DNA of 63,613 nucleotides, the filler included, from Bacteroidales bacterium (GTDB taxonomy: Bacteria; Bacteroidota; Bacteroidia; Bacteroidales; CAIWKO01), in NCBI GenBank assembly GCA_035389045.1. It is 4 parts of 4 records of this genome, joined end to end, with 100 filler letters (N's around TTAATTAATTAA, not from the genome) between each part and the next. Parts side by side here need not be neighbours in the genome. Positions count along the whole stretch, not along the records: positions 20,757 to 40,287 come from DAOORA010000073.1; 3 more parts are not named here. The stretch is one strand, 5' to 3'. A program made the translations under genes and the position numbers. The notes under the pieces are model-generated. The model worked only from the letters and a program-made list of their open reading frames with translations. It made no database searches and was not told where the DNA came from. Positions 28,846 through 38,893 of this stretch are shown here, piece after piece. Within the stretch, counting starts at the first letter, position 1; each line of letters begins with the position of its first letter.

Positions 28846-29818
28846 AAATATACTGTTTATTTTTCTGACATCTGCGCTCATAATCCATCACTCTGAAAAA
28901 GTTAATGCTTTCGGATTTTTTGCACATAAAAAGATCAACCGTATGGCCGTATTTGCATTGCCACCGCAAATGATCACTTTCTTCAAAAAACATATTGATT
29001 ACCTCACCGAACATGCTATCGATCCCGACAAACGTTCGCGGGGAGTCATCGGCGAAGATGTGAAACACTATATTGATATTGAGATGTATGGTGATAAACC
29101 CTTTGAAAATCTTCCAAAATTCTGGAAAGCTGCAGTGGAAAAATACACGGAGGATACCTTACAGGAATACGGTATAAACCCATGGTGGACAAACAAAATG
29201 TACTTTTCTTTAATACAGGCTTTTAAAGACGAAGACTTTGACAAAATACTTTATATGGCTGCCAATCTTGGTCATTATATCGCCGATGCCTGCACCCCGT
29301 TACACACATCCGCTTTTTATGATGGAAAGATCCCGGAACAGAAAGGCATACACGCATTCTGGGAAACACGTATCCCGGAGCTTTTCGCGGACAATTATAA
29401 CTTTTTTGTCGGTCGGGCAGAATACATTGACAAACCCTATGAATTCATCTGGCAACTTATTGCAGAGAGTCATGCAGCGGTTGATACCATTTTTACCGTT
29501 GAAACGGACCTGCGAAAAAATTATCCGGAAGATGCCCAATTTGTTTACGATGAAAAGGGTACCGTGATAAAAAAACAGTTCTCAAAAAAATATTGTGATG
29601 AATTTAACAAGAGAACGAACAACATGGTCGAACGCCGCATGCAGCGGGCTGTTTATGCCGTCACAAGTCTTTGGTATACTGCATGGGTAAATGCCGGACA
29701 ACCTGACCTGAGCCGGCTCGAAAACAAAGAAATATCTCAGGAACACAAAAAAGAACTTGAAGAAATCGATAAAATGTGGAAAACCGGCAAACCTATCGGA
29801 AGACCAAATCCCGAATAA
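28832..29818 (+). CDS. Zinc-dependent phospholipase C / S1-P1 nuclease family protein
   Basis: Signal peptide, then (F)GFFAH, HAIDPD, HYID, GHYIADACTPLH and IHAFWE zinc ligands. Confidence 0.85.
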   Translation: MKIFKNILFIFLTSALIIHHSEKVNAFGFFAHKKINRMAVFALPPQMITFFKKHIDYLTEHAIDPDKRSRGVIGEDVKHYIDIEMYGDKPFENLPKFWKAAVEKYTEDTLQEYGINPWWTNKMYFSLIQAFKDEDFDKILYMAANLGHYIADACTPLHTSAFYDGKIPEQKGIHAFWETRIPELFADNYNFFVGRAEYIDKPYEFIWQLIAESHAAVDTIFTVETDLRKNYPEDAQFVYDEKGTVIKKQFSKKYCDEFNKRTNNMVERRMQRAVYAVTSLWYTAWVNAGQPDLSRLENKEISQEHKKELEEIDKMWKTGKPIGRPNPE

Positions 29819-30189
29819 CAGAAACAGCCTTAAAGACATCCTGAAACTAACCCGGAAATCGAATTTTTAACAACCTCCATTCTTACTTCTTAATACATCA
29901 TTGTTCGATAAAGATTGTAGTAATGGACATTTTTCAGGATAAAAATTAAGCCTCAATCCTTATAATAAAACTGTCTTTTTTTTCGATCGGTTATAAATTT
30001 CAATCCCTTTCCGTCATTCCATCCGGCAGTGTACGGTCATAAAATCTGTCATGACTAAACTGTACAGTCAGATTTTTATATGTCATGAATGATGACACTA
30101 TACTCATAAATATTTGTTAAAAGCGTTCTGTCGTTTGTCTGAAAACCTTATATTCTGTATGTTTGTCATTAATTTTAAATCTTCAGCAA

Positions 30190-32244
30190 ATGAAATTTAC
30201 AAACTTATTATCTATGGGTTTAATTGTGTTAGTAGCTGGTTCTTGCGGCAACAATAAAAAAGAAGCTGAAAACCATGAAAAACAAGATACTTTTAAGTAT
30301 AAAACTGAACAATTCGCAGATGTCAAGATTTTACGTTATCAGGTTCCCGGGTTTGACAAACTTACGCTTAAACAAAAAAAACTCCTGTATTTTCTGAGCC
30401 AGGCAGCACTCTGTGGACGTGATATTACTTACGACCAGAACTTCAGATACAACCTGGCTATACGCCGGACCCTGGAAGCCATTGTAGACAAATATACCGG
30501 TGACCGTACCACTCCCGAATGGGGAAAATTTATCACATATACCAAAAGGGTATGGTTCAGCAATGGCATTCACCATCATTATTCTACTGACAAATTCATT
30601 CCTGAATTTTCTAAAGAATATTTCAAAGAACTTGTGAAAAATGCTACCGGCGGACAATTTCCCCTGGAAAAAGGAGAAAATACCGATCAGTTACTCGACA
30701 GGATCATTCCCATTATGTTCGATGCTGATTTATTTTCCAAACGTATCAATCTGGATCCCTCAAAAGATCTGATTACCACCTCAGCATGTAATTTTTACGA
30801 AAATGTAACCCAAAAAGAAACCGAAGATTTTTATAAAAATATCATTGATGAAAAATCAGAAACTCCGATATCATACGGATTGAATTCAAAACTGGTCAGA
30901 GAAAACGGCAAAATCACGGAAAGGACTTATAAAACAGGCGGAATGTATTCGCAGGCCATTGAAAAAATTACATATTGGCTCGAACAGGCCAAAGAAGTCG
31001 CTGAAAATGAAAATCAGAAAGCTGGACTTGAAAAACTTATTGAATATTATAAAACCGGCGATCTGAAAACCTGGGATGATTTTAATGTTTTATGGGTCAG
31101 GGATCTGGAATCTGATATTGATTATGTGAACGGTTTCATCGAAGTCTATGGTGATCCAATGGCTATGAAGGCAACCTGGGAAGCTGTCGTGAATTTCAAA
31201 GATACCGAGGCCACAAAACGAGCCGAAACCATCAGCATGAATGCACAGTGGTTCGAAGAAAACTCACCTGTTGACCCCCGCTTCAAAAAGGACAAAGTCA
31301 AAGGGGTGAGTGCAAAAGTGATCACAGTGGTCCAGCTTGGTGGCGATTGCCATCCCAGTACCCCGATAGGCATCAACCTGCCCAATGCCCGCTGGATAAG
31401 AAAACAGCATGGTTCCAAATCGGTAACCATGGACAATATTATGTACTCATACGACCAGTCTTCGCTGGGAAGCGGTATGCTGGAAGAATTCTGTTATTCA
31501 CCCGAAGAAATAGAACGGTCAAAAAAATACGGATATCTGGCCGGAAACCTGAATACTGATCTGCACGAATGTCTAGGGCATGGTTCAGGGCAACTGCTTC
31601 CAGGCATTAGTGCGGATGCTCTTAAAAACTATCATTCAGCCATCGAAGAAGCACGTGCCGACCTTTTTGCTTTATACTTTATAATGGATCAAAAATTGGT
31701 CGACCTGAAACTTATGCCCAGCTTTGATGTTGCAAAGACAGAATATGATACTTACATCCGCAATGGCCTGATGACACAACTGGTCAGGATAGAACTGGGC
31801 AAAAATATTGAACAGGCTCACATGCGAAACCGTCAGCTTATTGCCAGATGGGTCTATGAAAAAGGAGAACCCGGTAAAGTAATAGAAAAAAAGATACGTG
31901 AAGGAAAAACATTTTTTGTCATCAACGACTATATTAAGCTCCGTTCGCTTTTTGGCGATCTGCTTAAAGAAATACAACGTATTACTTCCGAAGGGGATTT
32001 TAATGCGGGAAAAGAACTAGTGGAAAAATATGCCATAAAGATCGACCCTGTGTTACACAAAGAAGTAAAAGAACGTTACGAAAAACTAAAGCTGGCACCT
32101 TATGCGGGTTTTATCAACCCTGTTTTAGTGCCCGTAATGAAAAACAATGAGATCATTGATATAAAAATAGAATATCCGTCAGACTTCACTACACAAATGA
32201 TGAACTATTCAAAGAATTATTCGTTTCTGCCAAATATTAATTAA
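30190..32244 (+). CDS. Dipeptidyl peptidase III (M49) lipoprotein
   Basis: HECLGH zinc motif, EEARADL, GINLPN; lipobox AGSC (ORF track starts at 30163). Confidence 0.92.
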   Translation: MKFTNLLSMGLIVLVAGSCGNNKKEAENHEKQDTFKYKTEQFADVKILRYQVPGFDKLTLKQKKLLYFLSQAALCGRDITYDQNFRYNLAIRRTLEAIVDKYTGDRTTPEWGKFITYTKRVWFSNGIHHHYSTDKFIPEFSKEYFKELVKNATGGQFPLEKGENTDQLLDRIIPIMFDADLFSKRINLDPSKDLITTSACNFYENVTQKETEDFYKNIIDEKSETPISYGLNSKLVRENGKITERTYKTGGMYSQAIEKITYWLEQAKEVAENENQKAGLEKLIEYYKTGDLKTWDDFNVLWVRDLESDIDYVNGFIEVYGDPMAMKATWEAVVNFKDTEATKRAETISMNAQWFEENSPVDPRFKKDKVKGVSAKVITVVQLGGDCHPSTPIGINLPNARWIRKQHGSKSVTMDNIMYSYDQSSLGSGMLEEFCYSPEEIERSKKYGYLAGNLNTDLHECLGHGSGQLLPGISADALKNYHSAIEEARADLFALYFIMDQKLVDLKLMPSFDVAKTEYDTYIRNGLMTQLVRIELGKNIEQAHMRNRQLIARWVYEKGEPGKVIEKKIREGKTFFVINDYIKLRSLFGDLLKEIQRITSEGDFNAGKELVEKYAIKIDPVLHKEVKERYEKLKLAPYAGFINPVLVPVMKNNEIIDIKIEYPSDFTTQMMNYSKNYSFLPNIN

Positions 32245-32364
32245 TTTGAAAGTAATATATGGATAAATGAACATTTTTTATTTTCTTTTAAAAAAATATT
32301 ATAAATTTGTGGTCGAAATTATTCTATATTTCGTAAGATTAATTATTAACCAAAACAAACAACT

Positions 32365-34236
32365 ATGAAAAAAGTATTATTTTTAATTTTGGCTGTAACC
32401 ATTGCATTTGCTGCAAATGCTCAGAAACACCAGCCGTCTCCGCTACTCAAAGAACGGGCAAAAACAATTCTTGATATCGGGGTGTCATCTAATCATGGCC
32501 CGCTGAAGCCAGCTACACTTACTGATTCCAAAGCCATCGACAGAATCCCGTTCGGTTCATCACTTAACATGCTGACGCTGACGGCTACTGAAGCAAACAC
32601 CTGTGTGTACAATAAGGATCTGGATTATCTGATGTTCACTCACCGTGCTGGCGGCGCCTATGGCGGCAGCAGCGGAGACATCCGTTGTCATTTTACGCCC
32701 TATGTCGGAGCAACAGCCATTGACTCTGTAGAGTTTATCCACCAGGGAACCAACCTCATGAGGTATCCCGGAGGCGTTATCTACAATCCTGCAGGCAACA
32801 CCGATCCTGCCAATGCCTATGCGATCATCACAGGCCCCTGCACCAATGGAAGCGGATGGGTAAACAATTATTTCTGCAGCCAGAAACTTGATGGCTCGTC
32901 TATCAAATTTCATTTTGAAGCTCTTAACGATACGTTCAGACCTCCTTACGTAAACCTTACAGCATGCGACGGCGGTAAAATAAAAGCTGCCGGCCTGAAC
33001 GCAACAGTTGGCGGGTTATTCTATTTCAAGAATGGACAGATACAAGGCGATTCCGTAGCCTGGTCTACTGACTATATGTTCATCAATAGCTATCAGACTA
33101 GACACTTTTCAAACGACACCACACCCTGGGCGTTTTCCCCTTATATGGCTTTCTCAAAAGACGGCATGACCGGCTATTTCTATGTAATGGCGCTGGAAGC
33201 CACCGATGATATGCTGGCTAACGGTCCAAGACCGGTAGTATGGAAAACTATTGATGGCGGCCTCACCTGGAATAAAATGGCAATACCCAACCTGAGTACC
33301 ATGTCCGCAAAAATGAAGAGTGTGCTTAAACCCATAAGAAGCACCTTAGAATTGGATTCCAGCTTATTTGTGTACCGCCCGGGTATTATGTCGGGAGCTA
33401 CCGTTGAAGAAACCAATTTCCCCGGTGTTGTTGATATGAATGGCAACCTGCATATTGCTGTCAATGTGGAAGGTATGTACTCCAACCATCCCGACAGTTT
33501 GTTTTATACTTATGCCTACAACATGTGGAACATGTTTGATCTGCATACCACCTCTACCGGCTGGGATATTGAGCTTGTAGATACTATCCATGCGGGTATT
33601 GATAAAGGCGTAGTTTTATCAGATCAGTACCTGGATCACAGTTTCCATGTAGCACGTAATGAAGCCGCTGACAAGATTTTCTTCATGTGGACGGATACCG
33701 ACCTGGATACAGCCAACTACATGCCCGACATTCACGCCAGAATGTTTGATGTTACTGCCGGAACTTTTCATGCTTCTAACAAACTGACCAGCCAGTCTGA
33801 TTATTATTTGTTTAATGCCGCTCACGATGTTGTTGATAACAACAACGGCACGTATTATCTTCCGGCTACTTTTGCCGTTATCAACGGTAGTGACACCGAT
33901 GCTGAACCGACACATCATTTCATCAAAGGAATGATTTATCCTATTCCGACCGGCATCAATGAAAACGAAAACGCTGTGACTATCAATAATGTTTCGGTCA
34001 ATCCGAATCCTGCCATTGACTATGTAAATGTTGACTTCAAAATCGACAGGCCGGCCAATGTAAAAGTTTCTGTATATAACCTGCTTGGCAAAGAAGTGTT
34101 AAGCAAAAACTATGGAAAACAGGCTGCAGGAGCAAGCAGAGTAAAATTAAACACCTCTGATTTCAGCTCTGGTATTTATTTCTTTACAGTTCAGGCTGGT
34201 AACGAAAGAATTACCAAAAAAGTTGTTATTGAATAA
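32365..34236 (+). CDS. T9SS type A cargo protein with a BNR/Asp-box, function unknown
   Basis: Signal peptide; WKTIDGGLTWN Asp-box; NPNPA...VYNLLGKEV...SSGIYF...TKKVVIE CTD. Confidence 0.8.
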   Translation: MKKVLFLILAVTIAFAANAQKHQPSPLLKERAKTILDIGVSSNHGPLKPATLTDSKAIDRIPFGSSLNMLTLTATEANTCVYNKDLDYLMFTHRAGGAYGGSSGDIRCHFTPYVGATAIDSVEFIHQGTNLMRYPGGVIYNPAGNTDPANAYAIITGPCTNGSGWVNNYFCSQKLDGSSIKFHFEALNDTFRPPYVNLTACDGGKIKAAGLNATVGGLFYFKNGQIQGDSVAWSTDYMFINSYQTRHFSNDTTPWAFSPYMAFSKDGMTGYFYVMALEATDDMLANGPRPVVWKTIDGGLTWNKMAIPNLSTMSAKMKSVLKPIRSTLELDSSLFVYRPGIMSGATVEETNFPGVVDMNGNLHIAVNVEGMYSNHPDSLFYTYAYNMWNMFDLHTTSTGWDIELVDTIHAGIDKGVVLSDQYLDHSFHVARNEAADKIFFMWTDTDLDTANYMPDIHARMFDVTAGTFHASNKLTSQSDYYLFNAAHDVVDNNNGTYYLPATFAVINGSDTDAEPTHHFIKGMIYPIPTGINENENAVTINNVSVNPNPAIDYVNVDFKIDRPANVKVSVYNLLGKEVLSKNYGKQAAGASRVKLNTSDFSSGIYFFTVQAGNERITKKVVIE

Positions 34237-34253
34237 CCTGATTTTATTAAATT

Positions 34254-34285
34254 AAAAACCCGGTGCCTTTGTACCGGGTTTTTTT
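34254..34285 (+). terminator. Rho-independent terminator
   Basis: AAAAACCCGGTGC-CTTT-GTACCGGGTTTTTTT. Confidence 0.8.
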
Positions 34286-34313
34286 ATTCTCTATTTTTGT
34301 CAAAAAAATATTT

Positions 34314-35714
34314 ATGAAAATTACATTTTACGGCGCCGCAAAAGAAGTAACCGGTAGCAAACATCTGATCACTACCGGTGATGGAAAGAAAATTCTCCTC
34401 GACTGCGGAATGTTCCAGGGCAAAGGCGAAGAAACTGATAAAATGAACCGCCAGATGGGCTTTGACCCCCATGAAATTGATTATATCATCCTCTCACACG
34501 CCCATATTGACCATTCAGGGCTTATTCCTTACGCGGTGAAAAATGGCTTCGCAGGAATGATTATTTGTACACATGCAACCCGTGACCTCTGCGCCATCAT
34601 GCTCCAGGATTCAGGCAGGATACAGGAACATGATACACGGACTTTTAATAAAAAACTGACGCGGCAGGGACTGCCTCCGGCAGAACCAATTTATACTGCC
34701 GAAGACGCACAGGAAAGCATGCAACATTTTGTCAGTATAGGTTATAATCAGAAATTCCGCGTTACGGATAATGTCACACTTACCTTTACGGATAACGGAC
34801 ATATACTCGGCAGTTCAGCGATCAACCTGAAAATAAAAGAAAATGACCGTGTCATTAATTTCTGCTATACCGGAGATATTGGCCGGCAGACCAACAGTAT
34901 TTTAAAAACGCCACAGCCCTTTCCGCAGGCTGATGTAATTGTTACTGAATCAACCTACGGTAACCGTATGCACGACATACGCAAAGAAGTCAACAATAAA
35001 CTGCTTAAAGTGGTTGTCGACACCTGTGTCCGCAAAAAAGGCAAACTCATCATTCCTTCATTCAGTGTCGGGCGAACACAGGAGGTGGTATATGCTCTTA
35101 ATCAGCTTGAAACGCAGGGACGGCTGCCAAAAGTAAGAACCTTCGTGGACAGTCCGCTGTCTGTCAACGCTACAAACATCTACCGTATGCACCCCGAGTG
35201 CTTCAACAAAGACATGCTCCAGACCATGGAAAAAGACCCTGATCCTTTCGGATTCAACCAGTTGATTTATGTCCAGTCTTCGGAAGATTCCAAAAAAATC
35301 AATGACCTCAAAGAACCCTGCATCATCATTTCCTCCTCGGGCATGATGGAGGCCGGACGTGTGAAACATCATCTGGCAAACAACATCTCCAACCCGGATA
35401 ATACCGTCCTGATCGTCGGTTATTGTGAACCCTCAACGCTGGGCGCAAAAATAAAGCGCGGCGATAAAGAAGTTTCCATACACGGCAACAAATATGAAGT
35501 TAAAGCCGACATCGTGTCACTGGAAGAATTCAGTGCCCATGGCGATTATGCTGAAATGATCGTTTACCTGAGCTGCCAGGATAAGAAACAAATCCGGAAG
35601 ATTTTTCTGGTTCATGGCGAAGAACAGGTATTAACCGATTATAAGAAAACCCTGGAAGAAAATCTTTTCTCAAATATTGTCATTGCCGAAAAAGCTGTTG
35701 AATACGAAATCTAA
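34314..35714 (+). CDS. MBL-fold beta-CASP ribonuclease (YSH1/CPSF-like)
   Basis: GAAKEVTGS, LLDCG, SHAHIDHSG, GHILGS, TGDIG, ESTYG, FSAHGD and LVHGE motifs. Confidence 0.92.
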   Translation: MKITFYGAAKEVTGSKHLITTGDGKKILLDCGMFQGKGEETDKMNRQMGFDPHEIDYIILSHAHIDHSGLIPYAVKNGFAGMIICTHATRDLCAIMLQDSGRIQEHDTRTFNKKLTRQGLPPAEPIYTAEDAQESMQHFVSIGYNQKFRVTDNVTLTFTDNGHILGSSAINLKIKENDRVINFCYTGDIGRQTNSILKTPQPFPQADVIVTESTYGNRMHDIRKEVNNKLLKVVVDTCVRKKGKLIIPSFSVGRTQEVVYALNQLETQGRLPKVRTFVDSPLSVNATNIYRMHPECFNKDMLQTMEKDPDPFGFNQLIYVQSSEDSKKINDLKEPCIIISSSGMMEAGRVKHHLANNISNPDNTVLIVGYCEPSTLGAKIKRGDKEVSIHGNKYEVKADIVSLEEFSAHGDYAEMIVYLSCQDKKQIRKIFLVHGEEQVLTDYKKTLEENLFSNIVIAEKAVEYEI

Positions 35715-35777
35715 TAGATCCATAGTCGAATCAATTCACCCCATTCCCCCATTTACCCCTTTAACGTTCTGATATTC

Positions 35778-35928
35778 TAACTATTTAACTATTTAACTAT
35801 TAACTATTTAACCATTAACTATTTGATTATTTGACCATTAACTATTTGACCATTAACTATTTGACTATTAACTATTTGACTATTTGACTATATGACTATT
35901 TGACTATTTGACTATTGATTAATAACTA
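35778..35928. repeat. Degenerate 7/8-bp tandem repeat (T[AG]ACTATT / T[AG]ACCAT), about 19-20 units
   Basis: Direct reading; lies between convergent genes and abuts the stop codon of the SBP gene. Confidence 0.92.
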
Positions 35929-37569
35929 CTCCCCTTTCCTCACCTTCTTCAAGCTTAGCAGATTCATAGGATTACTACCAAGTCCGCTAATATTTTTATG
36001 TGTAAACCGCATCACTACATCGTAATATAGCACAACAAAAGGCGCTTCTTCAATCAAAACACTGTCCATTTCGGAATACAATATATATCTCAGACTGTCA
36101 TTGGTAGTCTGCCTGGCTTTTTCGAAAAGCTGATCAAAGCGGGAATTTGAAAAATGTGTATAGTTTGGACCTTTCGGGCAGAAATTTTTCGAATAAAACA
36201 AAGCAAGATAATTTTCCATATCAGGGTAATCAGCAATCCAAGAAGCCCTGAAAAAGCTGACTTTTGATTTGGCGACCATCTCCCGCAAGGTGGCAGGGGG
36301 ATTGACATCCACCCTGATCTTTATGCCGATTTCGCCCAGCTGATGCTGCAGGTATTCACACAGATCCAGATAACCGGATGTTGTGGACAAAGTGATCTCG
36401 GGCAATCCTTTACCGCCGGGGTAGCCTGCTTCGGCCAGCAGTGCCTGGGCTTTCGCAGGATCATACGTGTAACCTTTTACCGCTGCTGTATCATGCGCGG
36501 GCATACCAACAGGAACCATGCCGTATATGCCGGGTGTTCCCAGGCTGTTACGCAGATACCTTATCATCTTACGCCGGTCGAAGCCATAATTTATAGCCTT
36601 CCTGACTTCCTTTTTAAGCAATGGATTGTCTTTGTTTTCAGGTAAAGAGCCGTCAATCAGGAATCCTAAATACTCCGTGTTGAGATAGGGCTGTACCTGC
36701 ATGACGATACGGTCCTGATACTTTTTATTCAGCTCACCGCTTTTGGTGATTAGTTCATCAATGTAGCTCGGAGCCACGCCCGACATAAAATCAAGGTTCC
36801 CGCGGATAAACTCCAGAAATGACGATTGCTTGTCAACAACAAACGATACAGATACCGCATCCAGATAAGGCAGCCGGGAGCCATTTTCTGTTTCAAAATA
36901 GTTTTTGTTTTTTACCAGTATCAGCCGTTGGCTTTCTTTCCACAGCTTCAGCATGAACGGGCCGGTGCCAACGGGGTGTGAACGGAAATCTTTCCCGTAG
37001 AGATCCACAGCTTCATATGGGATCACCGAGCAATATTGCATCCCGAGCAGGCTCAAGAAAGGCGGAAACGGCTGCCGGAGCCGGATAATGAATGTAGTGT
37101 CGTTTGGCGCCGAAAAACTTCCTCTCCCATCTTCAGATCTCGCCACATCATTGAATATCCATGCACCCGGTGAGGCCACCTTGTCATCAAGTATCCGGCT
37201 AAAACTAAACACAAAATCTGCTGCGACCACCCGGCGTCCTCTGCCCGAAGGAAAAACAGCGTCATCGTGAAAAAAAACATCATCACGCAAAGAAAAGGTA
37301 TAGCTGAGGCCGTCATCCGAAATTATCCACGATTTTGCTATACATGGTTTTATGTGCATAGAATCATCAGGCTGTACCAGGCTATTGTATAACTGATTAC
37401 ACACCCAGATATGTGCCTGGTCTTTGGCAAATGCCGGATCCAGCGTCATTATCCCCGCTGATTCGTTATAACGGAAAACCGTGCGTGTTTCTTTCTCCTT
37501 TTTGGTATTGCCGCATGAAAAAAAGCAAAAAACCATAAAAACAACAACAGCTTTGATAACTGATTTCAT
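35926..37569 (-). CDS. ABC transporter substrate-binding lipoprotein, family 5 (peptide/nickel)
   Basis: Lipobox FSC; TLDPA, HPVGTGPF, VRKAINYGFDR, YDPAKAQALLAEAGY and WIADYPD motifs. Confidence 0.9.
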   Translation of the reverse strand: MKSVIKAVVVFMVFCFFSCGNTKKEKETRTVFRYNESAGIMTLDPAFAKDQAHIWVCNQLYNSLVQPDDSMHIKPCIAKSWIISDDGLSYTFSLRDDVFFHDDAVFPSGRGRRVVAADFVFSFSRILDDKVASPGAWIFNDVARSEDGRGSFSAPNDTTFIIRLRQPFPPFLSLLGMQYCSVIPYEAVDLYGKDFRSHPVGTGPFMLKLWKESQRLILVKNKNYFETENGSRLPYLDAVSVSFVVDKQSSFLEFIRGNLDFMSGVAPSYIDELITKSGELNKKYQDRIVMQVQPYLNTEYLGFLIDGSLPENKDNPLLKKEVRKAINYGFDRRKMIRYLRNSLGTPGIYGMVPVGMPAHDTAAVKGYTYDPAKAQALLAEAGYPGGKGLPEITLSTTSGYLDLCEYLQHQLGEIGIKIRVDVNPPATLREMVAKSKVSFFRASWIADYPDMENYLALFYSKNFCPKGPNYTHFSNSRFDQLFEKARQTTNDSLRYILYSEMDSVLIEEAPFVVLYYDVVMRFTHKNISGLGSNPMNLLSLKKVRKGE

Positions 37570-37807
37570 AACTGCACATTAACGCCTCAAATATATTATT
37601 ATTATTGACACTGAATGATAATAAACCATCTTATAATAAACAAAAGCTTGTTAACATAATTCTATGATCATAAGAAATTGAAATAACAGAAAGTCAAGTG
37701 AGTGTCGAGATATAAGAAGATTTTTAGCTTAATAAAATATTTCGCCTGACCACAGAGATGGTTTTAAATATCACTTTCTGAATAACTCACACAAATAAGA
37801 CTGCGTG

Positions 37808-38893
37808 TTATTCTTCAGCAGTCACGAGTTGTGCCTGAAACTTCTCAATAAGAATATCATCGTAATAATCGGATTTATACATGAGGTTTTTAAGCAGTTC
37901 ACATCCGGTATCGGTGGAAAGATCATCCTCAAATGAGATGAAAGACAACATGATCGCCTGATTGTTCACACTAAAGACAAGGCTTTCACTTTCGTAATTC
38001 TCTTTAAGAAGATATTCGTAAACATGAATGATGTTTTCTTTAGGCAGGTTGCACAGCCAGGCATCAGCAACTATAAAATGCGTTTCGGGATTGTACATGA
38101 TCTTTATTTTGGCGCTGCCATGTTCCAGTTCCCAGGTATTGAGTCCGATCCGGGTTTCTTTTACATTGATTCCCAGCTTACTAAGTATCTGTTCCACCTT
38201 ATAGGCTGCCCCTGCAGGAATATAGGGCTGAGGGTGGAGTATTTTCAGGTCGATCTCAGCGCCGCAGTTAGAGCAATAGGTTCCATCGATCAGGCTTTCT
38301 GTGAGTATTTTTTTGCACGATTTGCAACGGACGGCTTTCTGATTGCCAAGCCTGGCATATTCATCGAGTACTTCCTGTAAATACCTGGATGGCAAGGAAA
38401 ACCCAAGACTTTCGCCCTGTTCAATGATAAAGGTATTCACGCCGACAACCTCTCCGTTCATATTTACCAGCGGTCCGCCACTGTTACCGGGATTTATTGC
38501 GGCATCGATCTGTATATAACTGATCTCATTGTAAAGCCGGCTGGCTTGCGAAACAATACCCTTAGTGGCTGTATATTTTAATCCGTATGGGTGCCCAATA
38601 GCTATTATATTATCGCCTTCGGTCAAAGGTACAGATGAAATCGCAGCAGATTCCATATCAATACATGAAGGCGGCTGTATAAATGCCAGGTCGTACAAAG
38701 GATCAAAATAGACAACTCTCGCTGTTGTCTTTTTAAAACCTTTGCCGCTGATCACCACCTCATCATTACCGGCAATAACATGATAATTGGTGACGAACAG
38801 GTGTTTTTCCTTATGGTAGAATCCGGTTCCACTGCCATAGGGTGTAGCAATCTGGATGATTATTCTTTTATAAAGGTCAATGATCTCGCTCAT
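37808..38893 (-). CDS. Cytoplasmic trypsin-like (HtrA-type) serine protease + zinc ribbon + YbjN/CesT-like domain
   Basis: GSGTGF, TNYHV, DLA and DAAINPGNSGGPL (triad); CKSC...CSNC; no signal peptide and no PDZ domain. Confidence 0.85.
   Translation of the reverse strand: MSEIIDLYKRIIIQIATPYGSGTGFYHKEKHLFVTNYHVIAGNDEVVISGKGFKKTTARVVYFDPLYDLAFIQPPSCIDMESAAISSVPLTEGDNIIAIGHPYGLKYTATKGIVSQASRLYNEISYIQIDAAINPGNSGGPLVNMNGEVVGVNTFIIEQGESLGFSLPSRYLQEVLDEYARLGNQKAVRCKSCKKILTESLIDGTYCSNCGAEIDLKILHPQPYIPAGAAYKVEQILSKLGINVKETRIGLNTWELEHGSAKIKIMYNPETHFIVADAWLCNLPKENIIHVYEYLLKENYESESLVFSVNNQAIMLSFISFEDDLSTDTGCELLKNLMYKSDYYDDILIEKFQAQLVTAEE

Noticed and set aside
35778..35928. Possible CRISPR array
   Set aside because: Units are 7-8 bp with no unique spacers, and there are no cas genes
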